The notes below the pieces were generated by a model, which saw only the letters and a list, made by a program, of their open reading frames with translations, did no database searches and was not told where the DNA came from. From contig JBOZIK010000001.1 in NCBI GenBank assembly GCA_051453625.1, forward strand, positions 46,853,568 to 46,882,327: 28,760 nucleotides of DNA. The letters are read 5' to 3'. The stretch's first letter is position 1. Each line of letters begins with the position of its first letter. Positions 1 to 12,269 of the stretch are shown here, in pieces. Source of the stretch: Welwitschia mirabilis. Its lineage: Eukaryota. The position numbers and the translations under genes were made by a program.

Positions 1-1141
1 TTAACATGGCTAATAAGTTCTTTAAGACTTAACTCAAGGCATGGACTAATCTCAAGAAGATAAGGCTTTCTCAAAATTAGAATTCTAAGTAACCCTAAGT
101 TATGTTTTTCTAATGTAAAATCATCACAAGATGTTGCAATGAACATTTAAGCTTCTAATTCCAATATTCTAAAGGTCAAATTTGATTTGCAACACTTGAA
201 AAGCTAATAATCTAGTTGCACACAATACACATTTGCATAGTGGATCAATCCAAATGTCGTACACTTAGAGAAGACTTCTAAAAGAGAATTTGGAAAATTG
301 ATTTAGAAAGAGAAGAATAATATATTTTTGGATTCTGCATTATAGGAATTAAAATTAGACAATCTGAAGATGAAAATGAAATGTAATGTAATGGAATGAA
401 ATGAAATGCAATGAAGTGAAGAATGAATGCAATGAATTAACTAACTTTCCAATCTACTGTTACTAGATTGGTCCTTATAATCTATTTCAATTATGAATTC
501 TTATTACTTAAATTGCAATTAAGATAAGCTATAAGGAAAAATAAAAAATCATTTGAAAAGAGTTTTAATTAAATCAATATTTTTATTAATAAAATTGAAG
601 TACATCCACTTATAACAATAACTCCTCAATTCACTGTCTAATAACAAGGTAGTCATTCTTATAAGTAGGATGGATCTCCTTACCTCTAACAATCTCCAAT
701 TATTACAAGAATGTAGATGACAAAAGATGATTTGGCATAGGATCTAAAAGGGTGTATTTATAGGTTGGANNNNNNNNNNCTTTCATAACAATTTAATTTA
801 CTTTACAAATTGTTTACTATCATCCATTGTGTTGTCCCCACGATATAGAGGATGACCACTCCACCTATCAACTAATGCTCACGATTATCATTCCTATGTG
901 TCATCCTATGTGTCATCCTCACGATTATCATTCCCATGACAGACAGGATGATAACTCTATCTTGATCATTATGATTTGGTCCATCATCATGAAAAGATAG
1001 CTTCTTGTGTTGGAAATTGTTGCATTTTATGACCTATATGGAAGCTTCGTATAATTCGCATAAATCCCTAGAAAACCTAACAATAGGACCTAAAAATATA
1101 CTTCACAAGTGTATTGAATAGGTTAATCTGGCTTTACAACA
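1..1141 (-). repeat. 3' LTR of the Athila-like element, running off the window's left edge
   Basis: AACA at 1138-1141 (TGTT on minus) directly abuts the PPT. TATA-like CCTATAAATAC on minus at ~754-764. Partner LTR is not in the window, so the extent is inferred. Confidence 0.6.
370..436. repeat. Degenerate (AATGN)n pentamer microsatellite within the LTR
   Basis: atgaaaatgaaatgtaatgtaatggaatgaaatgaaatgcaatgaagtgaagaatgaatgcaatgaa. Confidence 0.7.
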
Positions 1142-1156
1142 TAGCCCCCACTTAGC
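1142..1156 (-). promoter_or_regulatory. Polypurine tract of the Athila-like element
   Basis: Minus strand reads GCTAAGTGGGGGCTA-TGTT, the Athila-type AAGTG(T)GGGG PPT. A second PPT-like tract lies at ~1379-1410. Confidence 0.7.
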
Positions 1157-1932
1157 ATTTTTTAATTCCTAACAAAGTAAGTGGATAACAAGTTTGTGAG
1201 CCAACTGATGAAAAGAAACTCAAAACATGTATATCATCAGAAATAAGGGTACAACATGTAACATACACAAAATTGGTTACAAAAAAGTAAAATCAATGCA
1301 TATAGTTCAAAATCGTTGCATATATTTATGTCTAGTAAAAGTAAAAAAATTTGTCTCACAAATCATATAATATATATGTTCCTCCCTTACCGCCCCTCCA
1401 AAACTAAATGAGCAAGTCATCTTGAGTTGTGCAAACCATGAAGAGAAGATAAATTAAACTAAGATTTTATGATTGTAAGAATAAGTGGTAGGAGAGGTTA
1501 TAAAAAAGGAAGATTTTAAAGGAAAGGAGAGCATCAATGCTATCATGCTAAAGGATGCTCAAGGTAGAGGTTAACTTGACTTTATGCATAATAATTAAGT
1601 GATGAAAAATGTAACAAGTAGACTAGAAAATGACAAAATCCTAGGCATTATTTTGGAAAAGGTGAGAACAATGACCTTGGGAAGACAAACCAATAAACAA
1701 AGATAAGACAAAAAGAAAAATGGATAAGATAGGACATGAAGAAGATTAACTGTTTGCCCAAAATTCAAACTTAGTGAAACTTCTTGGTAAAGGTTATAAA
1801 TCTACTTAACATAGAAATGCATAATTCAATGTAGAACATCAAAGAGTACCATTCAAAAGGGTAGTGATAATGGTAATAACTAACGGTTATTTTTGTTAAA
1901 GTATCAAGTTATGTTTGGTTATAATTCAATTC

Positions 1933-3402
1933 TATGGAAATCTAGAACCCTAGAAGAGGGGGTGAATAGGTTATTTAAAAATAAATTAAAGTAAACTTAT
2001 GATAAATACTTGCTTGAAATAGATTGCTAGAAAAATTGTGCATAAAAACTAAAAGTATTCAAAAAAATGAGAATAACAGAAAGCATAAAGATACTGATCA
2101 TATGCATGCAAGTTTTATAGTGGTTCGGAAAACCTCCTACTCTACTCTCGATGATTAGCTTATCATCAAGCCTGATCTAGATCTTCAACAACTCTTCCAG
2201 ATATTACAGGTTTACATATAACCTTTACACATGGACTTTTATAGGCTAAGTCTTAACCTTTTCAAATGGACTTTTATAGGCTAAGTCTCAACCTTTTCAA
2301 ACGAACTTTTATAGGCTAAGTCTCAACCTTTTCAAATGGACTTTTATAGGCTACGTCTCAACCTTTTAAATAGACTTTTGCAGGCTAAGTCTTAACCTTT
2401 TACAAGATCTTATAGTGATGGTAAAATGCCCTAGTGCACTGATATCATTCATTCTTCGGCACAATAATAGTAATGGAGATCTTCTCCTATAAATGATATG
2501 AACTATAATAATGAAGTACAAAGTTCTGACTTTGTATGAAAAGATACTATAGATTTCGGCTCATCCTTGATTAGGAATACAATGCCACGCTAGTACAATA
2601 ATTAATTATAGTTTCAATTGTTTGAAAAAAGGTCAATAATTTCTTTTAGTGACTACTCTCTTGGCTATTTATAATGAAAGGCTTTTAAGATTTATTACAC
2701 TTAAAAACATGCTTCTAATGGCTAGAAAATGACCACATAACGAATATGTAATAAATATAAAATTCCCCTTTCTATTTCATTTGGTGAATCCCTCAAGTAT
2801 CCAGTTAATCCTTCTTGGTGTCATGACTTAAACAGGTTGCCCGAGTAAACTGTTTGATCATCCCAGTTTCTTACAGTTCCATATCTGGTCGATCCCTTAG
2901 TGTCCGGTCGATCGCTCATCCAGTCATCTGCATATCTGTTTGGTTACCCACTTGTCTTGATAAAAATTCATTCTAGTTTCCTACATCAGGTCTAGACGAT
3001 CCCTCAGGTGTCTATTCAACCCCTTGATAATTAGCTTAGGGATATCAGGTGCATAGTGCTTAGGTCTGATCAACCCCTCATAGGTTCAGTCAATCGCTTG
3101 ACAATTTGTTCAAGAGTACTGATTCTTAGGTTCATAGGTTTAGTTGATCCCTTAGAAGTCTAGTCAATCCCTCTGAATTTAGTCCAATTTTGAGAATTCA
3201 CTCCAGGTGCGATTAACTCCTTGAAAGTCCAGTTAACCCCTCAAGAGGGTAATTAAACTTGATAGGCTTCAGTGATTAAAATGTGACATTCCTTGCTTCA
3301 GCTTTTGACCTATAAGTGATCAATATTTTTTGCATTAGATACACAAATTTTACTTCATAGGAAATATTAGTTTGACATCAATTAATAATATACAATCTAA
3401 CA
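1933..3402 (-). repeat. 3' LTR of element A
   Basis: Colinear with 7676-9134; a 60-bp spot check gave about 11 mismatches. Ends CTAACA next to the PPT. TATA (TATAAATAGCC on minus) at ~2662-2672. Confidence 0.92.
2220..2403. repeat. Tandem array of five ~35-bp units in the LTR
   Basis: Consensus AACCTTTTCAAATGGACTTTTATAGGCTAAGTCTC, head-to-tail with no spacers. Confidence 0.92.
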
Positions 3403-3414
3403 ATCTCCTCCTTT
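3403..3414 (-). promoter_or_regulatory. PPT of element A
   Basis: Minus strand AAAGGAGGAGAT immediately before the LTR TGTT, matching the SIRE-type AAAGGGGGAGAT. Confidence 0.85.
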
Positions 3415-3990
3415 AACATTAATGACAAATATTCCTTAGTTGTAAAATATTAAAATTTGAGAAAAATCCCTCTCACAAGATGCCTATTATTCTTTACAAA
3501 AATATTAAGCCTTTGATACAAAATGAAGACATTTTTATAAGATTTACTTTGTGCTAATAGTAAAGCAATTTGAGGTGCAAATTTTAGAGAGTTAAGAAAA
3601 TGCCAAAATGTTTATGAAGAAACCACATATATAAGAAGCAACATTTTGATCATCCAATATTTAACATTTTATTCATTGACATTAAAAGTGAAGTTATAAA
3701 TATATAGGATAAACAACATTTTAATCCTAAAAATTTAATATATCCAAAATTTAAGCTCATATGAAAATTAGGTTTACATTAAAAATGTGAAACACAATTT
3801 AAGAGTATAAAAATAAGTGCATTTTTACTTCATGAAAATAGATAGTACAAAGTGAAAGTGCTCATAAAGAGTAAATTACATCTGCAAGTACAAAGTGAAA
3901 CACAACTAATTCTTTTTCTTTTAATATCAATGATAAAGGAGAGAAAAACATACGAGTAAGAAAAAAAGACATAAACATGAAAGTAAACAT

Positions 3991-5074
3991 CTAGTCTGAT
4001 TCTTCTTCTTCTTCTCCCTCCTCTTCTTTAGACTTCTATTTTGAATCTTACTTTTCCTCTTCTACTGTCTTCCGAGATGAACTTCTAGCTTCTTCAAAAG
4101 TGTCAACAATCTCATATCCAGCTACCATGAGAGCTTCTTTCATGTGCTTTGTATGAGATTTAATCTACTTCAAGTATGAAAGTGTCTCTTCTGGAGAGGC
4201 TTCCTTGGGAGAAGGAGACTTAGAGGTCTTCTTTGAAGAGACAAAGATGTACATGCGAGATAATGTCGCATGCCTAATGGATTACATGAGTTGAAGGCTT
4301 TCAATCTTGGAATAAAAGGTCATATGATAATGTTGGTACATATTAGCAATGAGCACAGAGTAGGGTAAAGCCCTAGTTCTGTGGTACTCTAACTGAAAAA
4401 TCATACTTTTAGAGTATAATAGTAGGGGCATTAACAAAGTGCCTAGTCCCTATCAAATACATTAGATAGGTCCTATAGTTGAAGGCTCATCTCAATGACC
4501 AACGAAGGGTAAAAAGTTATGGATAAAAACTAAATGAAGAAAGTGATATTTAGGAGTAAGCAAAGACGTGGAAAGGGTATGCTTCCAAGAATGAAAACTA
4601 TCATAGAGTTCTCTTGTGGCCTCTTCCTTGTCTTCCATGAAGTCTCAAATAGGCCAAAACTTCTTATAGTCTCCTATGAGCATATCAGTAACAATTGCAA
4701 TAAAGTTTGTAGTGATATTCATCCTTGTTCCCAAAACTAAGGTTTTAAGGGTAGCAGAGTCACGATCGTAAGAAGAATTACAATAGAACATTCCAGTGAG
4801 AAATGAAAAAGCTGAACCCGAGACATCAAGAAAATAAGAGAGATTCTAATCTCTTAAGAGCTAAATCACTTCTCTGAGCTCTTTGAGCTTTAATGTAGCT
4901 ATCAATCTCTCTTGCCATATAAGCTTCTTTTCAAACTTCACCTGGAGTTTATCTATGACATCTCTAGACATGAACTAGTAGAAATAAGAGGATTTCCTAG
5001 CTTCAACCTCCTTGGCTCCTATCCTAGAGGAATCTTCAACTATTGCAAATCTCTTTATAGGAGCTTTAATACAT
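3991..5074 (-). pseudogene. Decayed extra ('env-like') ORF of element A
   Basis: Minus translation MSRDVIDKLQVKFEKKLIWQERLIA...RALPYSVLIANMYQHY...EEEESD*. Homologous to 18735-19943 in element B. Stops and frameshifts present; start approximate. Confidence 0.75.
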
Positions 5075-5399
5075 AAGAAATCTAAGAAATGCTCTAGATC
5101 TAGAAGAAAAAAGAGGTTAGAACATAATGAAAAGGGTTTGGATGCCTCTTTCTTTTATAAAGAAGGTCAATTAGCTTAATTTTAAGAAATAAATTGGGTC
5201 CACCAATAGTACTTCCACACTGTAATCCTTTAAGTCTAGTTGATCGATTGAAGTTCTGGTTAACCTATTAAGACGTGAGTCAACAGTATTGAAGGAGGTC
5301 CAGGTGGCTAAGCTTTCAGAATGGTCGACCGATCAAATCCTGTCAACTAAATTATAGATCAAGTCAACTGCCATACAATCTGCCAAAGGATGGCGAGTT

Positions 5400-7609
5400 A
5401 ACCCCTAGTTTGTTTTGATGATTAAGAAAAATATCACAAATTTGGGGTTTTATAATAATATCTACTAATTAATTTTTAGTTTCAATCAAATTTAAAACAT
5501 TGTTTCCTTTTTCAACTTTGTAATTAACATGATTGAATCATTTATGGCACAAATTTTTATGAGCATCATGAGAAAAACAATATGGGAAAGATGATTGATT
5601 AATTCTATAACCATTGTCTATTCATTCTCCTATAAGGATAACAATATTTGATTTTCCATGTGAAGTTTCAAATTTTAGACTTATTAAAGACTACCTTGTG
5701 ACCTTTGTCATATATTTGGCTTATACTTAATAAATTATACTTTAAATCATTCACATACAAAAATTCATTAATTCTTGATAAATTATCTCCTTCAATGCTT
5801 CTTATAACTTCTATTTGTGCTTTTCTATTATTGTCAAAGATAACATTCCCTCCATCAAAGTTACTCAAATGTTTGAAGTTTGATTTGTCTCTTGTCATAT
5901 GTCTTAAGCATCCACTATCCAAATACCAGCTATTTCCATTTGAGACCTTGAAAGTTGTTTGAGTTAAAAGACTTTTAAGATCATTAGCTTTCATCCACTT
6001 AGTCTTTTTAGACTTATGTGATATAATTCTTTTTGGAATAAATTTAAATGGATATGAGTTGACTGAATTTGGAAAAAAACATTAACTTTGTAATAGTGCA
6101 AAAAAATTTTGAATGTCCTGATTTTTCATAAAAATGATAAGTAACTTTAGGAGTAAACTTACCTTACTAGGTTACCTATTTTTTTTGACCTTGTGGATTT
6201 TGAGGTATGAAGCCAATACTTAATTTATTACCAATATGTTTCCAAGCTCTAAGCATCTATTCTAATCTGGAAGAATCACTAGAAAATTTATTAACAAAAA
6301 AAGATAAATATTTTACCTATAACATGAGATTGAAGTTGTCTAATTTAAGCAATTTGTATTTTGATTCTATTTCCTTCTTCTCTTCGGTGAGAGATTTACA
6401 ACCTTATTCAGATCATTTATTCTTCTTACCAACTTTTCACATTCCTCATATAGTTCTTGACAGATGTCTTCTAGCTCATCTTGTTCTTCATTAATTATAT
6501 CCAAATCATCAGGCTTTGATGTGCTAGGTAAGTTCATAAATGAAGGCATAGTTTCCATGAAAAATAGTCTTCTATCTTTATCTTATTTTTGATTCGAACT
6601 ACTATCATCATCCTCATCCTTATTATTCCATATTGCAACAAATGAAGAATTCAATAATTTTCTATGATCTTTTTTGATGTTCAGGCATTTATTAGCCATA
6701 TGTTCAAATCCTTTACAAGAGTAGCATTAAATTTATTTTCCTTTGTCTTGTTCATTTCTATATTTTAGGTGTTCTTTATTTGTGCTTCTACTTGGATCAA
6801 CTTCCTTTTTCCTTTTATGCAAGAATTTCTTGAATCTTTTGGCTAAGAGAGTAACTTCATCATCATCTAGTTCTTCATTTGACTTCTCAGACCTGTATCC
6901 TTTCTGTACACACTTCAAAGTAATACCTTTCTTTTTATTCTTAGTAAATTTTAATTTATAAGTTTAGAAATTACCTTGAAACTCTTCTAGTATCATTGTG
7001 TTGATGTTCTTGCTTTTCTTAATTACTGTGACTTTAGGTTCAAATCTCTTTAGAAGATATCTCAATACTTTTCTAACCACTTTTGCTTCATCTAAACATT
7101 CACCTAGACTTGCCATGGAGTTGACAATGTTTATATGTCTTTCAAAGAACTCCTGTAATGTCTCCTCCTTGTTTGTGTGAATATCTTCAAATCTACAGAT
7201 AGACATTTAAAGCTTAACTTGCTTTACTGTGGAAGTTTCTTCATGAGTGATCTCAAGAATATCCTAGTCTTCCTTTGCATGATTACAATTTATAATATTT
7301 TAAATTCATTTGTACAAACTACACAAAATATTACATTAAAAGCATAAGCGTCTGTGGTGGCTTTGGTTTTATTGGTGGTAGTTCATTGATCTTAGGATTT
7401 AAGAACTAAAATGGTATTATCATTTGTATTAGNNNNNNNNNNTAGTTTTTGCTAACATAGGCACAGTATAACCTTTATAAATAACCTCTTCAACATCTGC
7501 ATCTAGGGATCTAAGGAATATTCTCATTCTGACTTTCTAATAAGTATAATTTGATCCATCAAACAAAGGTGGATAACTAGTAAAAAAATCCTTAAGAGGG
7601 ATTACTCAT
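5400..7609 (-). pseudogene. Decayed gag-protease of element A, fused to an RNase H C-terminal remnant
   Basis: ATG at 7609, then PPLFDGSNYTY*KVRMRIFL. Zinc knuckle CYSCKGFEHMANKC (~6685-6726). Protease WYLDSGCLRHMT, then LKYNLLSISQ. HVNY|K|VEKGN junction at ~5517-5520, followed by LVDIIIKT (ADIFTK-like). Confidence 0.88.
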
Positions 7610-7661
7610 TTTTGGATTCTAGAATATAGATTGGTTAAAATCTAAAAATGGATTCAACTTA

Positions 7662-7673
7662 GCTCTAACATCA
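7662..7673 (-). promoter_or_regulatory. Degenerate tRNA-iMet primer binding site of element A
   Basis: Minus strand TGATGTTAGAGC versus canonical TGGTATCAGAGC, 2 nt from the LTR end. Confidence 0.7.
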
Positions 7674-7675
7674 AA

Positions 7676-9134
7676 TTTAGGAATTAAGAACCCTAAAAAG
7701 GTGGTGAATAGATTCTTTAAAAAGAAAAATATTCTAATAAATTTATGATAAACACTAGCTTAAAATAGATCATTAGAAAACTTATGCATAAAAATTAAAA
7801 GTATTTAGAAAAATAAGAATAACAGAAAGCATAAAAATACTAATCAGATATATGTAAGTTTTATAGTGAGTCAGGAAACTTCCTACTCCACTCTCGATGA
7901 TTAGCTTATTACCAAGCTTAATTCAGATTTCTATTAACTCTTCTAGGTATTGTAGGTTTAAAACCTTTACACACAGACTTTTATAGGATAAGTCTTAAGC
8001 TTTTAAAATGGATTTTTATAGGTTAAGTCTCAACCTTTTCAAATTAACTTTTATAGGCTAAGTCTCAACCTTTTCAAATGGAATTTTGCAAGCTAAGTCT
8101 CAACCTTTTAAATGAACTTTTATAGGTTAAGTCTTAACCTTTCACAAGATGTTGTCATGATGGTAAAATGCCCTAGTGCACTAGTATCACTTGTTCTTCA
8201 GCACAATGTTAGTAATGGAGCTCTTCTCCTATAAATGATATGAATAACAACAATGAAGTATAAAGTTCTAACTTTGTATGGAAAGACACTATAGATGTTG
8301 GCTTCTCCTTAGTCAGGAATGTAATGCCAGGTTAGTAAAATGATTAATCATAAGTTCTAATTGTTTGATAAAAGGTCAAAAAGTTCTTTTAGTGATTTCT
8401 CTCTTGACTATTAATAATGAAAGGCTTTTATGATTTATTACACTTAAAAATGTGCTTCCAATGGCTAGAAAATGACCACATAATGGATATAAAATTTCTG
8501 CTTCCATTCTGTCTGGTCAACCCCTCAAGCATTCAATCCACCCCTCCTGGTACCATGACTTAAATAGATTGCCCAAGTAAATTGTTCGGTCATCCTAGTT
8601 TCTTATAGTTCTATATCCAGTCAACCCCTCAGGGTCTAGTCAACTGCTCATTTGGTCACCTGCATATCTGTTTGGTTACCCGCTTGTCCTAATAAAAATC
8701 CATTGTAGTTATCTGCATTAAGTCCAGATGACCCCTCAGGTATCTAGTTGGCCCCTTGATGATTGGCTTGGGGATATCAAGTACACAGTGCTTAGATCTG
8801 GTCAACCCCTTATAGATCCAGTCAATCACTTGATAATCTATTCAAAAGTACTAGTTCTTAGGTTTATAGGTTTGATCAATCCCTTAGAATTCTGGTTGAT
8901 CCCTCTAAATTCAATCCAATTTTTAGAGTTCACTTCAAGTGCAATCAACCCCTTGAAAGTCTGATCAATCTCTTAAGAGGATAATTAAAATTGATAGGTT
9001 TCAATGATCAAAATGCAACATTCCTTGATTTAGCTTTTGACCTGCAAGTGATCAATATTTTCTACATAAGATACACAAATTTTGCTTTATAGAAAATATT
9101 TGTTTAACATCAATTAGTAATACATAATTTAACA
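7676..9134 (-). repeat. 5' LTR of element A
   Basis: Colinear with 1933-3402. Ends TTAACA followed by TSD AATTC. Confidence 0.92.
7962..8146. repeat. Tandem array of five ~35-bp units in the second LTR copy
   Basis: Same unit and copy number as 2220-2403. Confidence 0.9.
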
Positions 9135-9853
9135 AATTCCTCTTCAGTCATGAAAACTAGAGTACTTTTATAACAAATCATCCAATGGTTAATATAGTCA
9201 TATGCTCATGAAGTTTATGCCTTAAAGTGATGGGAGGTTTTAGTTAATGGGATGTTGAATAACACCATTCATCATAATGAGGGAAGTGCAACCACTACCA
9301 AAATAATAAGAACCCATAAGCCAAAGCTAGATCATGATAGACTAATCCTTTGAAGGAGTTTCCATAGCTACTATATCATACTAGCAAAAGTTCCTCTTGG
9401 GAAAATTTGCCTCAGTATGCTTACAGTAGTACATTATGGTATAACTGCAAGAGTGTAATTCATTTTTCTTGTTCTTTTTATTTTTTCCTTCTCTATCCCA
9501 TAACCCCTACCAAATATTTCCCTCTTGCTTTACATTTTTTAATTCTTTCCCATTAACTTAGACTCCCATTTTTGAAAGCATTGATAATCATTGTAATAAT
9601 AAAGTAATAAAGTATATGACTAAAAATAAGCACTAGATTAACATAATTGATATTTTACCATAAAATAACCAAGGAGATTGGTTATAGATATTGGAATATC
9701 TTAAGATTGACTAAATCCAATCTTTATCACATGAAAACCTAAAGTAAATAATTACTTATTCATGGTAACACTTATAGAATTCAAATGTAAATTAAGTTAA
9801 AAATGATTAAGTAGTCTCATAACTTAAATCAAGGAATAAAGCTAAGAAAGAAT

Positions 9854-12269
9854 TTAGTAGATGGCCAAGGGGATATCCTTCTTTTTGTAAAGGGAATCTT
9901 CTAAGTTAATTGCTTCTATCATATTTAAGGTGTAAGAAAAATCATCTAGAGATGTATAAAGTTTTAAGCTTTTTCCATTTACTTTTTGGATTTATTGAAT
10001 TTGAAGGTCAGAGATCTCAACAGAGCCATTTGAATGTACCTTTTCTACACGGTAAAGACCAAGCCATTTAGAGTTAGCTTATTATGTATAAGATGTACTT
10101 TAGTATTATATGAAAGCATGAATTAACCTAGTTCAAAGAATTTATGGAGAATCTTTTTGTCATGATTAAATTTAACCTGGCCTTTCTAGATGAATTCTCT
10201 ATGAAGAGCACTTATTCTTTTCTCATCAAGATGTTAAGATGTGCCAAACGATAATGAAAATTCTCCTCATGATTTAATACATTGAGTTAATGGATAATAC
10301 AATAAGAGTTATAGCAAACACCAATAGGTAAAACACAAGTTTTTTCATATATAAGTTCATAAGGTGAAAATCCAAGTGAATTATACCAAGTAGTACGGTA
10401 AGCCCATAGCACATCATTAAGTTTGAGAGACCAAAATTTCTTATTTTTGGAAATGAGTTTTTAGAGTGTTTTATTAATCTCTCTATTAGCATTCTTTCCT
10501 TAACCATTTGTTTGAGGGTGATAGACATTTGCAATTCTATGTTTAATTCTTATAGAAAGGAGTTTCCTAAGAACCTTATTTATGAAGTGGGTATCTTGCT
10601 CACTAATTAAAATTCTAAAAAAGTCAAACCTATGAAATATATTGGATTTTAAAAAGAAGCACATAATTTTGGAATCATGGTTTGGGTAGGAATTTCTTCA
10701 ACCCATTTCATGACATAGTCTACAACTACCAAGATGTGATTATTGTTGCAATAAGATGGTTTAAGAGGACCTATAAAGTCTATACCACAAAAATCAAAAG
10801 GTTAACATTCAAGGATAGGTTGTAAGAATATATCATAAGATTTTGTTAGACTTCCAAAATACTAACACAGATCACATCTTTATGCATGATTAAGAGAGTC
10901 TCTAAAAAGGGTAGACCAATTGAACCTAGTATGAAGGATTTTTATGGCTAGCTTTTAGCCCCTAAAGTGATCTTCACACACACCAGCATGGCAAAGGGAA
11001 AGAATATCAAATTTGTTCTTACTCTGGTATACACTTACGCATGATTTGATCTTTACATTTTTGATAGAGGTTTGGCTCATTCCATTCATAATTCCCTATC
11101 CTGTGGAGAAAGGATTTTCTTTGATTAGATTCTTTGAGTATAAGTCCAATGCTAAGGGGTTTTATAAGTAACAAGATATTTGACAATATCAGTATACCAA
11201 GAAGTGGGATATTTAGATAATATAGCATATAAATCATGGATGTTAAATAATTGTTCATCAAGAAAGGAATCCTTGTTAAGAATATTATAAGAGAAATGCA
11301 AAGGGTTCCTTTCTTGAGGAACTCTTGAAAGATGATCAGCAACATGATTATGTTTACCTTCTTTATCTATAATGATTAAGTTAAATTCTTGCATGAGAAG
11401 TATTCATTAAATAAGTCTAGCACTTGAATATTTTTTTATTATAAGATAGCAAGTGATTACATGATCAGTGTAAACATTAGTATGAAAGCCAAAATGATAA
11501 TGTCTTAGTTTGTCAAGGTAAAAGATGATAGCAAGCATTTATTTTTTGATTATGATATATTTTAATTGAGCTCTTAAAAGGGTTTTACTAATATAAGTAA
11601 GGACTTTGTATCCCTTCTTATGTTTTTGTTCTAAAACTCCACCTACAGTAGTATTGCTAACATTGCACATTAACTCAAAATTTATGGTCCAATCAGGTCC
11701 TCCTACAATGGGTTTGAAAGTGATCTTATCCTTAAGATTTTCAAAGGCATTTTAACAATTCTCATTCCAATCAAACTTGGCATCTTTTTCAAGAAGGGAC
11801 TGAAGGGATTCGCAAATCTTAGCATAGTCCTTAATGAATCTTCTATAGCATTCAACATAGCCAAGAAATGATCTTACTTATTTGATATTAGTTTGAGAAG
11901 ACAGATTTTTTATGATGTCTATCTTGGAAGGGTCCATCCTAATATCATTACAAGAAATTTGGTAACTAAGTATAATCCATCCCTCATAAGGAAATGGCTC
12001 TTTTTCCAATTAAGATGAAGGCTAATTTCTATATAATGATCAAGGGATTTTTCTAATCTTTAAAAGATTTTTTCAAAAGAGCCACCAAAAATAGAAAAGT
12101 CATCCATAAAGGTCTTGATAGAATCCTCAATTATATCTAAGAAAATACTTATTATGACTCTTTAGAAGGTTCCTAGAGCATTACATAGGCTAAAGAGCAT
12201 TCATTTAAAGGTAAAAATATTAAAAGGGAAGGTAAAGGTTGTCTTAAATTGATCTTCATTAGTAATGCA
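9854..12269 (-). pseudogene. Athila-like pol remnant (RT C-part, RNase H, integrase)
   Basis: EDQFKTTFTFPF...LCNALGTF...FMDDFSIFG; QEFNLIIIDKEGKHNHVADHLSR; GIDFIGP...VVVDYVMKWVE; YHPQTNG; SKWLGLYRVEKVHSNGSVEI...KVNGKSLKLY. Many stops and frameshifts. Confidence 0.9.

Larger units (their letters stand above)
1933..9134 (-). mobile_element. Ty1/Copia SIRE-type element A, non-autonomous (integrase/RT/RNase H deleted)
   Basis: Two ~1.46-kb LTRs. Perfect 5-bp TSD AATTC at 1928-1932 and 9135-9139. Degenerate Met PBS, PPT, gag/protease remnants. SIRE U5 motif CCTATTCACCCCC.CTAGG on minus. Confidence 0.93.

Noticed and set aside
877-937. Short duplications (ACGATTATCATTCC x2, TGTGTCATCCT x2) in the Athila LTR
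   Set aside because: Ordinary LTR sub-repeats; nothing further can be supported.
1157-1932. Possible Athila env-like ORF in the 3' region (with 9135-9853)
   Set aside because: No coding-like stretch could be recognised in the ~1.5 kb between integrase and PPT.
2220-2403. CRISPR-like 35-bp repeats
   Set aside because: No unique spacers, located inside a eukaryotic LTR, and no cas genes.
8728-8964. 78-aa ORF in the LTR of element A
   Set aside because: No recognisable motif, antisense to the element, and within non-coding LTR sequence; likely chance.
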